64,000 nt of DNA from Squalus acanthias (GCA_030390025.1 CM059431.1:117368001-117432000), one strand, 5' to 3'; shown: positions 38,969-52,269, numbered from the stretch's first letter. The notes: generated by a model from the letters alone, not told the origin. Translations and numbers: made by a program.

Positions 38969-40639
38969 TAATTTATCTTCTGTTATTTTTTCTTATCGTT
39001 TGTCCTCTCTACATTTGGGATCAGTCTTGTTGCTGTTTTCTGTACTCGTCCAAATAGAAACATGCTTTTTTTGTGGCACTGTAACCAAAACTGAATGCAA
39101 AATTCTGGGTGATGTAATTAGTGTAATGTAAAGATTTAGCATGAATTCTGTAGAGTTATAAAGACAGAAATTGGACAGCTTGACTGCTGGCGTGGAACCT
39201 TGCTGGATGTGTATGTGGGACGCAGAATCAAAGCTACAATGGTTTAACTGATCTCTGAGTTGTGTTCTGCACTGACCAAGCAGCCTCACAATTTCTGTCA
39301 TGTATTCCATTGATCGAGCTAAATACCCTGGGATTTTAGTAATTTTTTTTGAATAGTTTTGCCACACGGGTCATTGAGGTTGGGATGGTCCTGTTTGGGG
39401 AAGAGTTCTGATGGGGCGGAACTTCTGCCATCCCTCATGATCTGCCCCAACCCCGATTACGACCTGTTTCCCACGGGTCGAGGTTTCATCCCATATGTAC
39501 AGTGGGCTCCCAGCGGCATTCCCGCCACCAAGAGGGAGACATGTCTTAAATTTCAGTTGCGGTGTAGCTGCCCAGTTGCATAGCTAGTCTAAATCCTTTT
39601 GCTGCATCCTATAGGTCTTTCAACACTAGGTGATGTTAACTATCACTTTAGAGCAAAAATGTATTACAGCACAACTAAAATAAAACAGAAGAAGATGTGA
39701 CATCCTGTTGGTGGAAATATATATGCCACTGCACCAAGGGGAGCACTGCATTGGTCTTATTGTTTATGGCTTTCTAATTGATGTAGAAACCACAAAAGAA
39801 CTTTAATCTCTGTAATATACTTGCTACAATAAAACACACTTTGAATGGCTCCCCAAGTAGTATTATGGAGAGTCCAGCACACATGTATAGTTCCTAGTGA
39901 TAACATTTTAGATTTAAATGTTATTAATTAAATTAGTTACTTAAGTATGTTTTAATTTGACTATTTAATAATCAATTCTGGCAATATTTTTAACATGTGG
40001 ATGTTGCAAGATTTATCTGTGCACTACTGAATTCAGTTAAGATATATAGCTCAGCTATTCATGCTGAGAAACCAGTGTTACATTCCTCATTATTTCAGCC
40101 AGTACTGCCAAAAAGCCCTTAGCCATTACCAGTGTCATTTCTGACACAGAACCTCAGCCTCTTGACGAGCTTCGACATCTTAAACAATATGTATCATCTG
40201 GAATAGTTTTACTTTGAATTCTGACAATGCCCTTAAAGCAATCTTCGCTTCCGCAGGACGAGTATTAATGGAGGCAGCTACAAAACTCTGCTGAAACAAG
40301 GGCAGTTATTTTATCATATTGTACAAAGTGACTGTAGAAATGATGGCGGTGATGGTGGAATGTAGGATTGCGATAACAATCACAACTGGAATATGACACT
40401 CTTGATCGTGTACATCACTGCTGGAGGTGGTGGTCAAAGAATGTCTTTGTGCAATTCAAAGTACTGTAAGTGCTATGATCCATCTCCATTTCCATTGGCA
40501 GTGGCATCTCTGAGAAGATGAGGTCAGCAACAGGATCTTACAAAGCTACCTAGCTGAGAGATAAATTTGTAATATGGATTTAAATTAATGTTTACATATT
40601 TTCCAGCTCGATAAGATTTAATGCTCCATATTTGTTACC

Positions 40640-41340
40640 TCAAGAATCAAGGGAAGCAGGTTCAAAAGGAAGAAGGTTCTGTCTGCAAGTTCCCAGTCAC
40701 TTGCCACTTTAATTCTCCATACCACTCTGACCTCTCTGTCCTTGGCCTTCTACACAATTGTAGTGAAGCTCAATGCAAGCTCAGGGAACAGCACCTCACC
40801 TTTCTACTAGGCACTCTGCAGCTGTCTGAACTTAATACTGTCTTCAGCAACTTCAGACCTTAACCACAGCTCCCATTTTCTCGCTGACAGTAAGTACCGG
40901 TAATGGAGTATGGGTTTACCACCACTTCTAGGGATGTGGGGGGAAGGAGATGGTTGGTGCTTGAGATGCGGATCCCCCATCTCTGCTAGTGGGGTGGTCT
41001 ACACCCTGTTGTCGACCATCCTGTTTCTTCCACAAGACTCCTAGGCCACCTAGAGCCTGCTCTGCTTTGCCAAGAATTCATGCTTCCCAACTTAGCTTAC
41101 CTACTTTAATTATTCACACATTCTCTGGGTCGCAACTCACATAAAAGTTTTTTTATTTCTCTAATTTCTCTTATCCTGCCTCCTTTTGTCTTACGCTATT
41201 ATTGCTTCTGTCATTTAATCATGTCCTTTTTGCACCTAATTACTTTACAGCGCATTTCTTTAGTTTTCTTGGGTTTGTGTTTTAATGCCCTTTCCCCTGT
41301 TCTATTTCTTTTATAAGCTATTCCCAATTTGCCTGATTGC
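40640..41340 (+). mobile_element. Old Penelope-like family 2 fragment (GIY-YIG C-terminus and decayed pLTR)
   Basis: PVTCHFNSPYHSDLSVLGLLHNCSEAQCKLREQHLTFLLGTLQLSELNTVFSNFR matches the 24043-24230 peptide. Confidence 0.8.
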
Positions 41341-41589
41341 ATTTATTTGAAATGAATCAACCTTGAAACCAGCAACTTTTATTGAACTCCTGGAATCTTG
41401 CAAAGTACATATAATAATGGCAACCTTTTACTCTGTCCTACCTTGTGCCAACATTAGCTTCTAGATCTGATTATTTAATCTTTATGACATCATTTTCTTG
41501 AATATTACAATATATTAAACATAGACATTGCCTACTCTTTTACAAACCAGCCGACTTCCACACTGAATTCAATATTTTCACATGACACT

Positions 41590-42272
41590 GGCCCAAAATT
41601 TGCGGTCGGATGCCTCCGACCTACAAAAAAATCTACGAACTTACCTGGTGGCCCGTGAGATTCATAGATCCGCGATCCTGGGCCTCTCCGAGTACCTGCG
41701 GGTAGAGGCCCACGTTTCCCGGGGCACATGCAGTTCACAACCAATGAAAGAATGTACGGAGCTCCCATAAGTATGAATGGGGATTACTTAAAAAATACAC
41801 GAACACAGGAAATAAATTTAAATAAATACATATTTAAAATTAATTAAAATGCCATTTAATTAAATATTTTAAACAAAAATTTAATTTTTTGAAAAAGAAA
41901 TTATATTTTAACAGGGCTAAAAATAAACTTACCTTATTGGACAGGGTTTTAAATGTATAAATGAGTGATAAAATTTAATTTTTCTATCTTATAAAACTCT
42001 TACGCTGGTAAAAGTAGGCCTTAAGCCTGCTTTTACCAGGCGTAAGAATTTCATGGGCATTCGCTGGGCAGAATTTGGGCAAACAGCGCAACTCTCCGCC
42101 CACGGAGGCCCTTCTCCCGGGGATGCGGATAACCTGTCAAGAAAATTCTTGACAGATTGCAAGTTCCGGGTTTTCATGCATGCGCTTCGCATGCCTAAAC
42201 GCGGAACTTGCGTGGCCCCTACAGGCGCGTGAGCACCTTGTACGCACCCATAGGGGTCGCAAATTATGGCCC
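41590..42272. mobile_element. Harbinger-type MITE family C
   Basis: TIRs GGCCCAAAATTTGCG / rc GGGCCATAATTTGCG; flanks ACT/ATT. Confidence 0.85.
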
Positions 42273-42434
42273 ATTATTACAGTATAACAACACTGCAACA
42301 TGGAGCATGCAGCATACTTCCACCATCGCAAGTTCCAACAGAATAAAACCATTCTGTTATTTAAATTTATACAAATAACTTGAATAACCTTGTAAAATCA
42401 GTCAATATGGCAAATTAAATCTCTAAATTATATA

Positions 42435-44470
42435 AAATAAAAGCAGAAAATGCTGGAAACACTCAACAGTTCAGACAGCATCTTTGGAGAGAGAGAAACA
42501 GAGTTAACGGGCTGGATTTTGCGGGGGGTGAACAGGCGTGATCAGTGGCGGGTCGGATGGGAAAGTGTTTTTGTTCCCCAGCGGGTCGGGACCCCACTGT
42601 GAACCTGCCACCACGCGCCTTTCCCCGATGTCAGGTCTGTCAACGCTGAGCAGACCCGACAAGCAACGGCGGGTTCACAGCGGGGGATCCAATTCAGGTA
42701 ATTACTGGCTTGTTTAGATCCACTTAAGAATGAATTTCAGCTCACCTTCTGCATTTGACGGCTTGCCCACGGAGTCCACGCCAGTCGATGCAGGAGTTCA
42801 GTGGCCATTAAATCAGCTGTTGCGTTGACAGCTTCAAATGTACAGTAAAAGCTCCCACCTTACAGAGATATCTTTGCTCAGCCACAAACATTTCCTCATT
42901 GCATTTTCACAACAGATTCACCATGCTGCAAGTCTTTACACAAGTCTCCATCCCATCTGACCTCATTACCTCTCTCTCACCATTGACAGATCGATTCTGT
43001 CATCTCTACTTCACCTGTCATCTATTCCATCAGCTTGTGTGCCCTTTATACTCTCTCACTTTGGTCCTCAGAATCCCACCACGATCAGCCTCAACACCAG
43101 CAGCACCAGGCATGCCAGCAGCACCAACAACGCCACCGACCTTCTCTGCCATCAACTCATGCTGCACAGGACACAGGGCATCAGTACATGACCACATTGT
43201 TGCCTGGGAGGCCAGGGATGGCCTCAACATGGCCAGATTTACTTCACTTGACGCTGTAAACCCTGGCTGCCACATGATGCGCCAGGTTGGCACCACCCCA
43301 CAGCAGCACCATAAAGCATCCCTACAATGTCCAAGCCATTCCATTCAAACTCATGACCATTGCGGGGGGTACCGTTATGTCTCACCATTCACTGTAACTC
43401 AATAATTCACTTCCAAAGGTGCACACGAATCTGTCCAAGAACGCAAAGTGTTGAAAATAAAGGTTTCAATGTTTGACAGTACATTAACAGAACCTTGACA
43501 TGAACATTGCATAAAACACCCAAGTGCCTACCCTTGTGTGTTGTTAGTTGGTATGATTGCAGTAGGATGAGGGTGAGTGTGAGGGGTGGCTAGTGAGATG
43601 GGGAAGTGATAATGTAGATAGAGAGGGAGGGGTGGAGGTGCAAGCTAAGTTGGTGTGAGTAAGGGTAGGATAGGGAAGGCAGAGTGATGAGGATGTGATG
43701 AGAGGCACAGCAGGATGAGGTTGAGTGTGGCTTTGTAATAACGTTTCATGATCTATTGAGATCATTGAAACCTTTGCAGCACTGCAGCCTGGTCCTCCTG
43801 ACCACATCCCTGCTTATGCCCTCCTCTGCAATGTGCAACCAGGCTGTGTTGATCTCCTGGGGATGTCTCTTCCACCCATGGGAAGGGAAGAGGACCTCCC
43901 TGCGTGCAAGCATATGGAGGGAGTCATGGGAGAACCTGGGTGCAGCCCTCTGCCTCTGCAGTGCTTGTCATTGTTTGCAGTACCTCAATGCTGTAGGACA
44001 CTGACAGCAGAAATATCAAAAGAAAATTGGCCATGGTCCCTTTAAGGAATCCGGCTGATGATGCGTCATCAAATGACGTCATCAGATCCGCTTCCTCTAA
44101 TTGGCCGGGAAACGCGCTGGGCAAGCCCACTCTCGGCAAATTAATTTCAGAGGCCAAGATGGAGACAGCAGCGGGGTCGGGACCCACCACCGACGTCGCC
44201 TGCCATGAACCCGCTGAGGTTCGTCAAATTGCGGCCTTCGTTTCAGGTCGATGACTGTTCCTCAGGACTGGAATATGTTAGAGATGAACAGCTTTTAAGC
44301 AAATACAAAGCCAGGAGGGTAGGGAAGGAACAAAAGGGAGAAGTCTCTGATAGGGTGGAAGGCAGGAGTGATTAAATGAGAAAAGGCATGATGATGCAAG
44401 GCAAATGGAGGTGATAATGAGACGAGTGAATAAACAAAAACAGGTCCAAATAAGGTGTAAATCGTTACAG
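42435..44470 (-). mobile_element. PLE family 2 pLTR (42435-42508 plus 44237-44470) split by a Harbinger insertion
   Basis: GAAACAGAGTTAAC | (TTC)GTTTCAGGTCGATGAC rejoins into the pLTR seen at 23720-23760. Confidence 0.8.
42509..44236. mobile_element. Internally deleted Harbinger (transposase tail ~43160-43250; Myb exon 1 - ~43745-43990)
   Basis: Termini GGGCTGGATTTTG / CAAATTGCGGCC; HIVAWEARDGLNMARFT (compare HIAAREVQDGLIMARFT at 29650); RQRAAPRFSHDSL..QCCKGFNDL. Confidence 0.85.
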
Positions 44471-45107
44471 CAGACATGATGGGCCAAATGGCCTCCTTCT
44501 GTACTGTATCATTCCATTAGAGCAGAGAAGGGGGGTAGAAGTATTAAATTATACAGCTGATTTAACTCACATGCTCAAAATCTGTGGTTTACCTCTAACT
44601 GAGGCAGTTCTACATAAAATACAAGACCAAAAGCCCCAGTTTCACGCTGTGATTTACTACAAAGTGGGACAAGCCTATATGGCTTACAGTCTCAAGCTAA
44701 AGGAGCTTAACGTCATTGTGTATTGTATTTATCCCATAACTATTTCGAATTGACACTGTCATAGGCAATTTTCAAACACAATTGAGGCTTGTTAAAAAGT
44801 AGCTATGATGATTTTTTAGTTGACTTCTTGTTGGACCATTTACACGTATTGCACTGTAATGGGCCTGGGAAATGTTAGACTTCTGGCTCATGTCTTATTC
44901 TGCTCCAATACTTCCTACAAAATAGGAAGTGTAGGTACAGCTTTAAGGTGCTGCACTGGTATTTTAAAGGCTTCACACAGGAACTCTCACCCTTCCCTGA
45001 CTTCAGCATTCTCAGTGTGCCATAGAAAGTGTACTGGGAGCACAACTGTATGGTAACAAGTGCACCTTGGAATACCCGAGCTGTTCCCTCAGTGCGTCAG
45101 TGGTGCA

Positions 45108-45325
45108 AAGAAAGAAAGACTTGCATTTATATAGCGCCTTTCACGACTACCGGACATCTCAAACGGCTTTACAGCCAATGAAGTACTTTTTGAAGTGGAG
45201 TCACTGTTGTAATGTAGGAAACACGGCAGCCAATTTGCACACAGCAAGCTCCCACAAACAGCAATGTGATAATGACCAGATAATCTGTTTTAGTGATGTT
45301 GATTGAGGGATAAATATTGGACAGG
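45108..45325 (-). mobile_element. Deu-domain SINE 3' part
   Basis: Reverse complement of 14160-14380. Confidence 0.85.
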
Positions 45326-45779
45326 AAAGTGGTACATCAGGAGCACAATTTCAGGCCCCGTGAACTTACCAAAAATGCTCACACAGTTCAAGGGAAGCAG
45401 TGTCAGAAGATCATTTTACACAAATTTTATATCTTACATCTACACACACTTCCTGTCCACAAGCCTTTAATTCCTGTTGTCATATATTTGTCACATTTTT
45501 GTGTCAACTGTTTCCATTATAAGTTCCTATGTTCACTTTTAGAATGGAAAATGCCTGATTAAAATGATCATACTTTTATTGCACCAGTGGTGGTGCTGTA
45601 ACACCTCAGCTTTGAATCTCCCAGTTTTCAACCTGTACTGCATAAAAACTCCAATGCTCCAACCACGTCTACTTGTCCATTTTAGTCAGGGGGCAAAACT
45701 GCAGGTGATGATATGAAGGAATCCACTTCCAGCCTGTGTAGTGTGATTTCCCAGTGCATCAGCGCTCTTTAAGGTTGCA

Positions 45780-46360
45780 GAGCTAGGTGGAGTAATGTTA
45801 AGGATGGATTTGAAGATAAAGTCAGATTTTTAAATTCAGAGCTTTGAAGGACAGAGACAATGTTGATCAGGAAGAAGATGAGTGATGGGTGAGCAGGACT
45901 TATTACAGGACAGAATAAGGCCAGTTGAGTTTTTGAACAAGTTGCAATTCATGGAGAGCCCGGTAAAGAGGTCATTGGAGAAATCAAGGCTGGAGATTGC
46001 AGAAACATGGATAAATGTTGCAACAGCAGTGGGCATGAGGTAGTGGCAGAGATAGTTGAGGGATTGGACATGGGGTCTGAAACTCAGCTTTGGGTTAAAC
46101 AGAATGCCAAGTCTCTGCACAGTCTAGCTGTGCAGGACCAAGTTACTGGGGAGGAGGATGAAATCAGTGCCAAGGAAGTGGAGTTCATGGCGTTGGCTGA
46201 AAATTATACCTTCAGTCTTCCTGATTTTCAGCTGGAGGAAAGCATAACTCATCCATGGCTGGATGTCTGATAATACTTAGGTGGTTGTGGAGTTCAGGGA
46301 CATTGTGGAGAGATGGTTTTGGGTGTCATCTGATTACATGTGGAAGCTGACTCCTTGCAA
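45780..46360 (-). mobile_element. L2 LINE RT C-terminal fragment, old
   Basis: LGILFNPKLSFRPHVQSL..TFIHVSAISSLDFSNDLFTGL parallels the 62291-62494 peptide. Confidence 0.75.
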
Positions 46361-46449
46361 GTATTTTTGTACATGTTTAAAATACCATCAGTTCCCACAA
46401 ACATAGCGATGTTGGTACTTTGCAATGGCATTAATGCAGTAACATTTAA

Positions 46450-47105
46450 GGATTGATTTTAATGCAGGGTGGGAATCAGGGGGGCGGGGGCTAAAGCTTG
46501 CAGTAAACTGTCTGGCCCCCGAGAGTTTGAGGCTGAGGAGACTTTAACTCCTAGGCCTCATTTGCATGTCCCAATACTAACACCCACCTGAAACCGACGG
46601 GAATGACGTCACTGCCGTCAGGCGAGTGTCAAAATTGGCGGGGTCAGGCTGTTGCCTGGGATTCACGAAAACAGTCCTCAGCAAGGTAAGTATGGATTGT
46701 GAGGGGGAATTGGCAAGTCCACGATCGGTAGGGGGGCGGGGGGGTCGGTGGGGGTTGGTGGTGGAAGACTGGGGCAGGGGAGGCCCAAGGTATCCTTGTG
46801 GGGCCAGGATACGTTGCCCCACAAGGTATCCTGCTCCTCCTGGCCTCACAACGAATTTTAAAAATAAAAAAATTAACACTTACCAGCCATTCCTGTGGCT
46901 TGTGCTAGCGGGCTAGGGACCGTGCAGGCCATGGTTGTGCCTGCAGTTAAACTCCCGTGCGCATTACGACACTGCCATTTAAATTAGGCTCCTGCTCCTC
47001 TGGGATGGGTCACCTTCCAGTGCCTGAATTCAGGTGAGTAAAAATGGTAGGGGCAGGGAACCTGTCGAGAATGATGCTCGAACCACTCCAGCACTATTTC
47101 ACCTC
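46450..47105. mobile_element. GC-rich MITE-like element
   Basis: Shared octamer, CRE and donor motifs and G-rich core with other Harbinger derivatives; termini decayed. Confidence 0.55.
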
Positions 47106-47419
47106 TGTCAGTTATCTCAATGGACAGAGGGGTTTCATACTCACACATTAGTGCATTAACCTCTATTGAAATATATGGATTAATACATTCAATAAAATAG
47201 CAGATAAAGGAATTTCACATGAACATGTTAACACGTGAGTAATAATGGGTTACAAGGAACTCAATAATTTAACATTCATTTTGATTACATTGGAATCTGG
47301 GCTTTTTACCAATTTTTGGGAATCACATTCTGGGTTTTATTGGTACGCTGAAAATGAATGCTGTATAGTTTAAGCAAGGGTTACATCATGCTTAGTATTG
47401 CAGAGTTTGGCCAACTTAC

Positions 47420-47451
47420 CTTTCCAATTTACTTTTCATTGGCGCACTTTC
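47420..47451 (-). other. Candidate 32-nt exon
   Basis: Minus strand poly-T-CTCCAAG acceptor and AAG|GTAAGT donor in non-repeat DNA. Confidence 0.35.
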
Positions 47452-48324
47452 CTTGGAGAAAAAAAAAACAGCCATTTACTGGATTTTCAAAGGCTGAACT
47501 GTATCAAATGATTGCAATAGGAAGCCTATAATTAAATGGCAAATGCATTATATGGAACAAAATCTGTTTTGTTCCTTAATATTCTTGAAGCCACTCTGTC
47601 AGACATTCTGCCCCATCATCCGTAACATCATTTTCCTTTCATCACACAGTGTTCTGGCAAAATTGAAACAGAGATACATTCAAAGTGATACGTGGACTGT
47701 TGTGTTGGAACTGACTTTATGCAGAATTCTTGCAAATTCACATTTATTTGGAATTTATTGCCATCCCAAATAAAGTACTAAACCTGACTGCAGTGAAATA
47801 ACTTGGAATAAAATTGAAATGTGGCATATAATTTGAACTGCTTGGTTGGCAATTAACATGTTGTCCAAGTCAGCTTTCAAAGACATTATTTGACAGAACA
47901 GCAATAATGAAGTTGCATTTAATTAACATTCATTGGCATATTAACCTGTGCTTTGTTTGGCAGAAACCAACACTTAACTTTGTTATTAATTGATCATTAA
48001 GCAAAAACTGCAGATGCAGAAACTCTGAAACAAAAACAGAAAATGCTGAAAACACTCAGGAGGTTAGTCAGTATCTGTGGAGAGAACAGAGAAAAACAAA
48101 ACCAACTTGTATATATATGGAACTCTATTCGTCCCGAGGTACTTCAGAGACAGGCAATCAGAAATACGTGGATGCCAAGACAGGCTTTCCTGGAGACTTG
48201 TGCCATTATAATATCGTAGGGCTGGTTTTATTGCACAGAAGTGACTTACGCCACGCCATACTTTCCTGGGACTTTTGCGACACTCTGCCATTTTCCTCCC
48301 CAAAACGGTAAACTCTTATTTATT

Positions 48325-49791
48325 GGCCCTGAATTTGCGGTCGGTATGACGGCGAACTGTCATCGTATGCCATCATACCGCCTTTGAAACTGACCACAAG
48401 TTCGGGATTTCCGCCTACTCTTGTACAAGCGCTAAATCCCAAACTTACAATCTGCTACGTTACAACTACACAGAGGCTTCGCTGCATCTTTCACCTCCTG
48501 ATAGAAATCAACGTGCTGCCGAAAAGTTGGGCTAATTGCCCACCTACTCCGAAGTAATTACGCTTTCGGTTATTAAGTCTTGTGTGCAGGATGCCTGTTG
48601 TACAGTTTAAGGGGACCGGATGAGAAAATTGTAAGAACAAAAGTTCTTTGTCAACAATTTGTAACAGCAGAGTACACAGTGCTGAGGCTTGTAATAACAA
48701 AGGGGAAGATTTGTCCTATACAGCAAAATCGTAAATACATTTATAAGTACATTTATGATTTTGCTACACGAAGTGAACAAACAAATCTTCCCACAAAATT
48801 AGTTAACAGTTTGAGGTTTTAGTAACAGTCATCTCTTCATTTTTTTTGCACAATATGTTCCATTTAATTTTAATTTGTAAAATGCCAAAAATGGCAAGGG
48901 AATTGCATATTGGCTCACCTACGCTTTCATTTTTTTCACCAGTAATAGACATCGATTAAAAAGACAAACAAAACTTATTTAAATGTGGAATGCAATGGTT
49001 AATGATGTCTTTCCCATGCATTGTCTCAGTTTCATTGATCTTCAGTGGAGACCAAGTGATAATCGAGCCCATCTCGAGGTGGTAAAGAATTGTAAAATTA
49101 CAGCCGAATTCCTGTTGTTAAAAGAGTTAAACGTGGAAAGCTTCAACATGTCATAAGCCATGATATTTAAGTTCTTGAGCTTGGTAATGTTTCTCTTACA
49201 GCAATTGCACCTTGAAGTGGCTATAACTTTTTCTTCTCCCCATTTATTTTCATTTACCCTAACGTTCCATTTTTTCACTAGATCCACAACTATGTTGGTA
49301 TTTGCTTTTTATTGCTCACCCTGTTCTACTGTCACAAATGTGCACAAATGTTTCATGAACATGTCCAAATGTAATTTATGACATTTAATGCTCTCTAAAT
49401 TGGACAACATAACCAAAATCTACCGACTCCTGCAGCATTAGTTGCTGAAAAGGGATCAACTTATTTCGCAATGATTATATTTGTGAAGGTTTAATTTCCA
49501 TTCTTATCCTATATGAGTGAATCCTTCCTCTTGTCACTTCACACTTAAGGGCTCTGTTGTAGCTTATAGGCTAAGAATCAGGAAGTAAAATAGCCACCGC
49601 CCCACGTGATCCCAGGTTTGCATACGCAGAACGATGCGCTCCTGGGCTCCGTGGGGGAGTGCGCTGCGCGGAACTCTGCTGCGTTTGAAAGGAAGTTCTC
49701 GCAGGGGGGAATCGCACGAGGTAGGTGTGGATTTACTTGCGATGTTGGAGGCGTACTCCTCAGCTTCACCACCAACCGCAAATTCAGGCCC
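48325..49791. mobile_element. Family C-type MITE arms enclosing ~1 kb of unrelated sequence
   Basis: TIRs GGCCCTGAATTTGCGGT / rc GGGCCTGAATTTGCGGT; ATT/ATT TSD; arms 48325-48580 and 49580-49791 resemble the ends of 50409-51856. Confidence 0.75.
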
Positions 49792-50408
49792 ATTATATCT
49801 CCTCTCCCCCCATTAAAATCAATGCCGATCACAAATTTGTTGAATTAAAGCTACTTTGATCACCACTTCCACTGAGACCATTAAAGAATGGTGCTGGTGG
49901 GCTTGCTAACTTTAGTTAATACTGTTGCAATTCATTCAAATGCGTTCAATTGGTGTTGTCCTGGTCCTTAGACTTTCTAAGTTGTTTAAATTGCATAAAA
50001 CTTGCATTACCGTCAATATTTAACTAACTTAAAGACAAACCACTACCTTGCGGAATCTGGAGACTACTTGATTCCTGCTTAAAATTGGTCCATACAATGT
50101 ACCCATAATCATTCTTTTCCCCCTCTGCATGAATTATCCCATTTGTTTGTGCTTTAAACATTTATATTTAATACTAGTAACACAAATCAGGCAACAGGAG
50201 AAACTCAGGTAGTGCGAGCTACAGCCACCTCAATCATCAAGGCTGGATGAAAGTTGTCACAGGAATGGTGCAGACAAGACTGAGTTGAACACAGCTACAG
50301 CGCACAGCATACCATGTAATTTATCTGCCTTCCATGAGATCACATTGCTTCAGACTCAATTCAGAGCAAACTTTTTTTAGGCGGTAGATATGCAGGCAGG
50401 GAGACAAT

Positions 50409-51856
50409 GGCCCTGAAATCGCGGTCTCCGTGACTTCGTACACACAGCGTACGCCGTCGTAAGCCTTGTAAAAGGCCCCGCAAGCTCCGGTTTTCCGCAT
50501 GCGCTGTGTATGCGCGAAAACCCAAAGCTTACGATCTGTCAAGGTTCGCCCTGACAGATCGTCTACCTGTGACCCAAAAACACTTTTGCTGGCACAGAGT
50601 TGGGCTATTTGCCCAACTACTGCCGAGAAAATGCTCACAAAACCTGTACGCCCAGTAAAAGCAGGCGTAGGGCCTGCTTTAAGTAGCATAAGGGTTAATA
50701 TAAATGTTAAATCAAAATTTAAAAATAAAACAACTTACACAAACACTTAGGGCTGGATTTTGATACGGGGCGGGCTAGGGTCGTGTCATCCACTTTTCGT
50801 GTTATCCACCCGACTGCAATTGGATGTGATTTTCACCTAATTGGGCAATTGAGTTCCAGCATGTGGGAACCCATGAACCAATTAGTGTTTTCAGTCTGAA
50901 AGTCGCCTCTGATGATGTCATCATTGCTGCTGCATTGAAAGTCTGCAAAGACTGCCTGGCCTTTACTGTGAGAGGACCTGGATGCAAAATGAGCAGCAGC
51001 AGCCCTAAGTCTGCTCCCAGATATTTTTGCACCACCACTCCCAGATATGTCTCCCCCTCATCCATCCACCCAGATATGTCTCCCCCTCATCCATCCATCC
51101 AGATATTTCTCCTCCTCATCCATCCATCCAGATAAGCCAGCCAGCCAGCCAGCCAGCCGGCCGCTGATAGTCAGCTATCCGAATGTGCTCCATCCAGGTT
51201 TCACATTCGTGGTTCAGAACAGGCGTGCTTCACATAGAAAAAGGGTTAAAATCACAAAGGCCTTTCAAAATGGCATTCTAGAGGCAATTTAGTGCTTGTT
51301 AAGGGCCTTAACAGCCTATCCTGCCTCTTAGAGGCGGGACGGAGTCGGGACCAGCAGACACGATTTAATGAAAATTGCGTGGAGGCGAGATGGAGGCGGG
51401 CTTGTGCCCGCCCGCCAGTTTTCGCAATTTTAACCCTCCACACGCCTCCAAAACCACCTCCACGGGTCAATGAAAATCCAGCCCTTAAAATTAGTTTATG
51501 TAAATTTTGGCCATGATTAAAAAAAAATAATTAGTATTTTATTTTAAATACTTCATTAAAGGGACTTTTAATTAATTTTGAAAATGGGAACATTTATATT
51601 TATTTCAGTTGTGTAAATTATTTATTTATTTGGGGATACCTCATCAGCTTATGAGGAATCCTCCTTTCTGATAGGAGGACCAGGCCCACGTGATCTCAAG
51701 GATGCTTCCAAACCTGCTGCATCCCTGGGATCCATGGGCCTTTACAGGCCCAGGACCCAAAGACTCCGAAGCCCAGGAGCCAGCAGGTAGGTTCGGATTA
51801 TTTTTCGGGTCGGAGGCGTACTCCAGAGGTACGCCTCTGACTGCAAATTTCAGCCT
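50409..51856. mobile_element. Family C MITE (reverse orientation) hosting a family B copy
   Basis: AAT/AAT TSD; arms match the reverse of 41590-42272. Confidence 0.85.
50750..51484. mobile_element. Harbinger-type MITE family B, copy 2 (nested)
   Basis: Perfect 12-bp TIR GGGCTGGATTTT / AAAATCCAGCCC; canonical TTA/TTA TSD. Confidence 0.92.
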
Positions 51857-52269
51857 AATGCTTTGATTCATACCTGCCTCACTTGCTCAGAAAATCCAGC
51901 TCCCTAAAGACCACTTTGCAGCATGGACAAAGATATTCGTCACATGTACATAGATGAATACATAGGCATATATGTTTGTCTGTGTATGTGCAAAGGATTT
52001 AAAAGATACAAAATTTAATATAATCATTTCAAAATGTCTTTACATGTGACGGAGAAAAGGGAATCTCGATTTAAGCGAAGGCTTTCAATTATAATCGCGG
52101 GAGAATTTTTTTAAGAGAAAAGATTTTCCGCTGGTCTCGGAATAAATGTGTAGCCGAGGCCCTAGGGATTGTGTCCAGGTGAACCAGGGAGATCTATCGA
52201 TTCCAAACACACATTTTAAACTTCAATTTCACACAATGTGATCAATTTAATAGTTAGCAGAAAATTTGA

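Noticed and set aside
38301..39131. 276-aa ORF as a host gene
   Set aside because: It runs through a GC-rich MITE and into flanking DNA, has low-complexity composition and shows no domain
49030..49156. Plus-strand terminal exon FIDLQWRPSDNRAHLEVVK..
   Set aside because: Short frame with a weak acceptor, no recognisable homology and no linked exon
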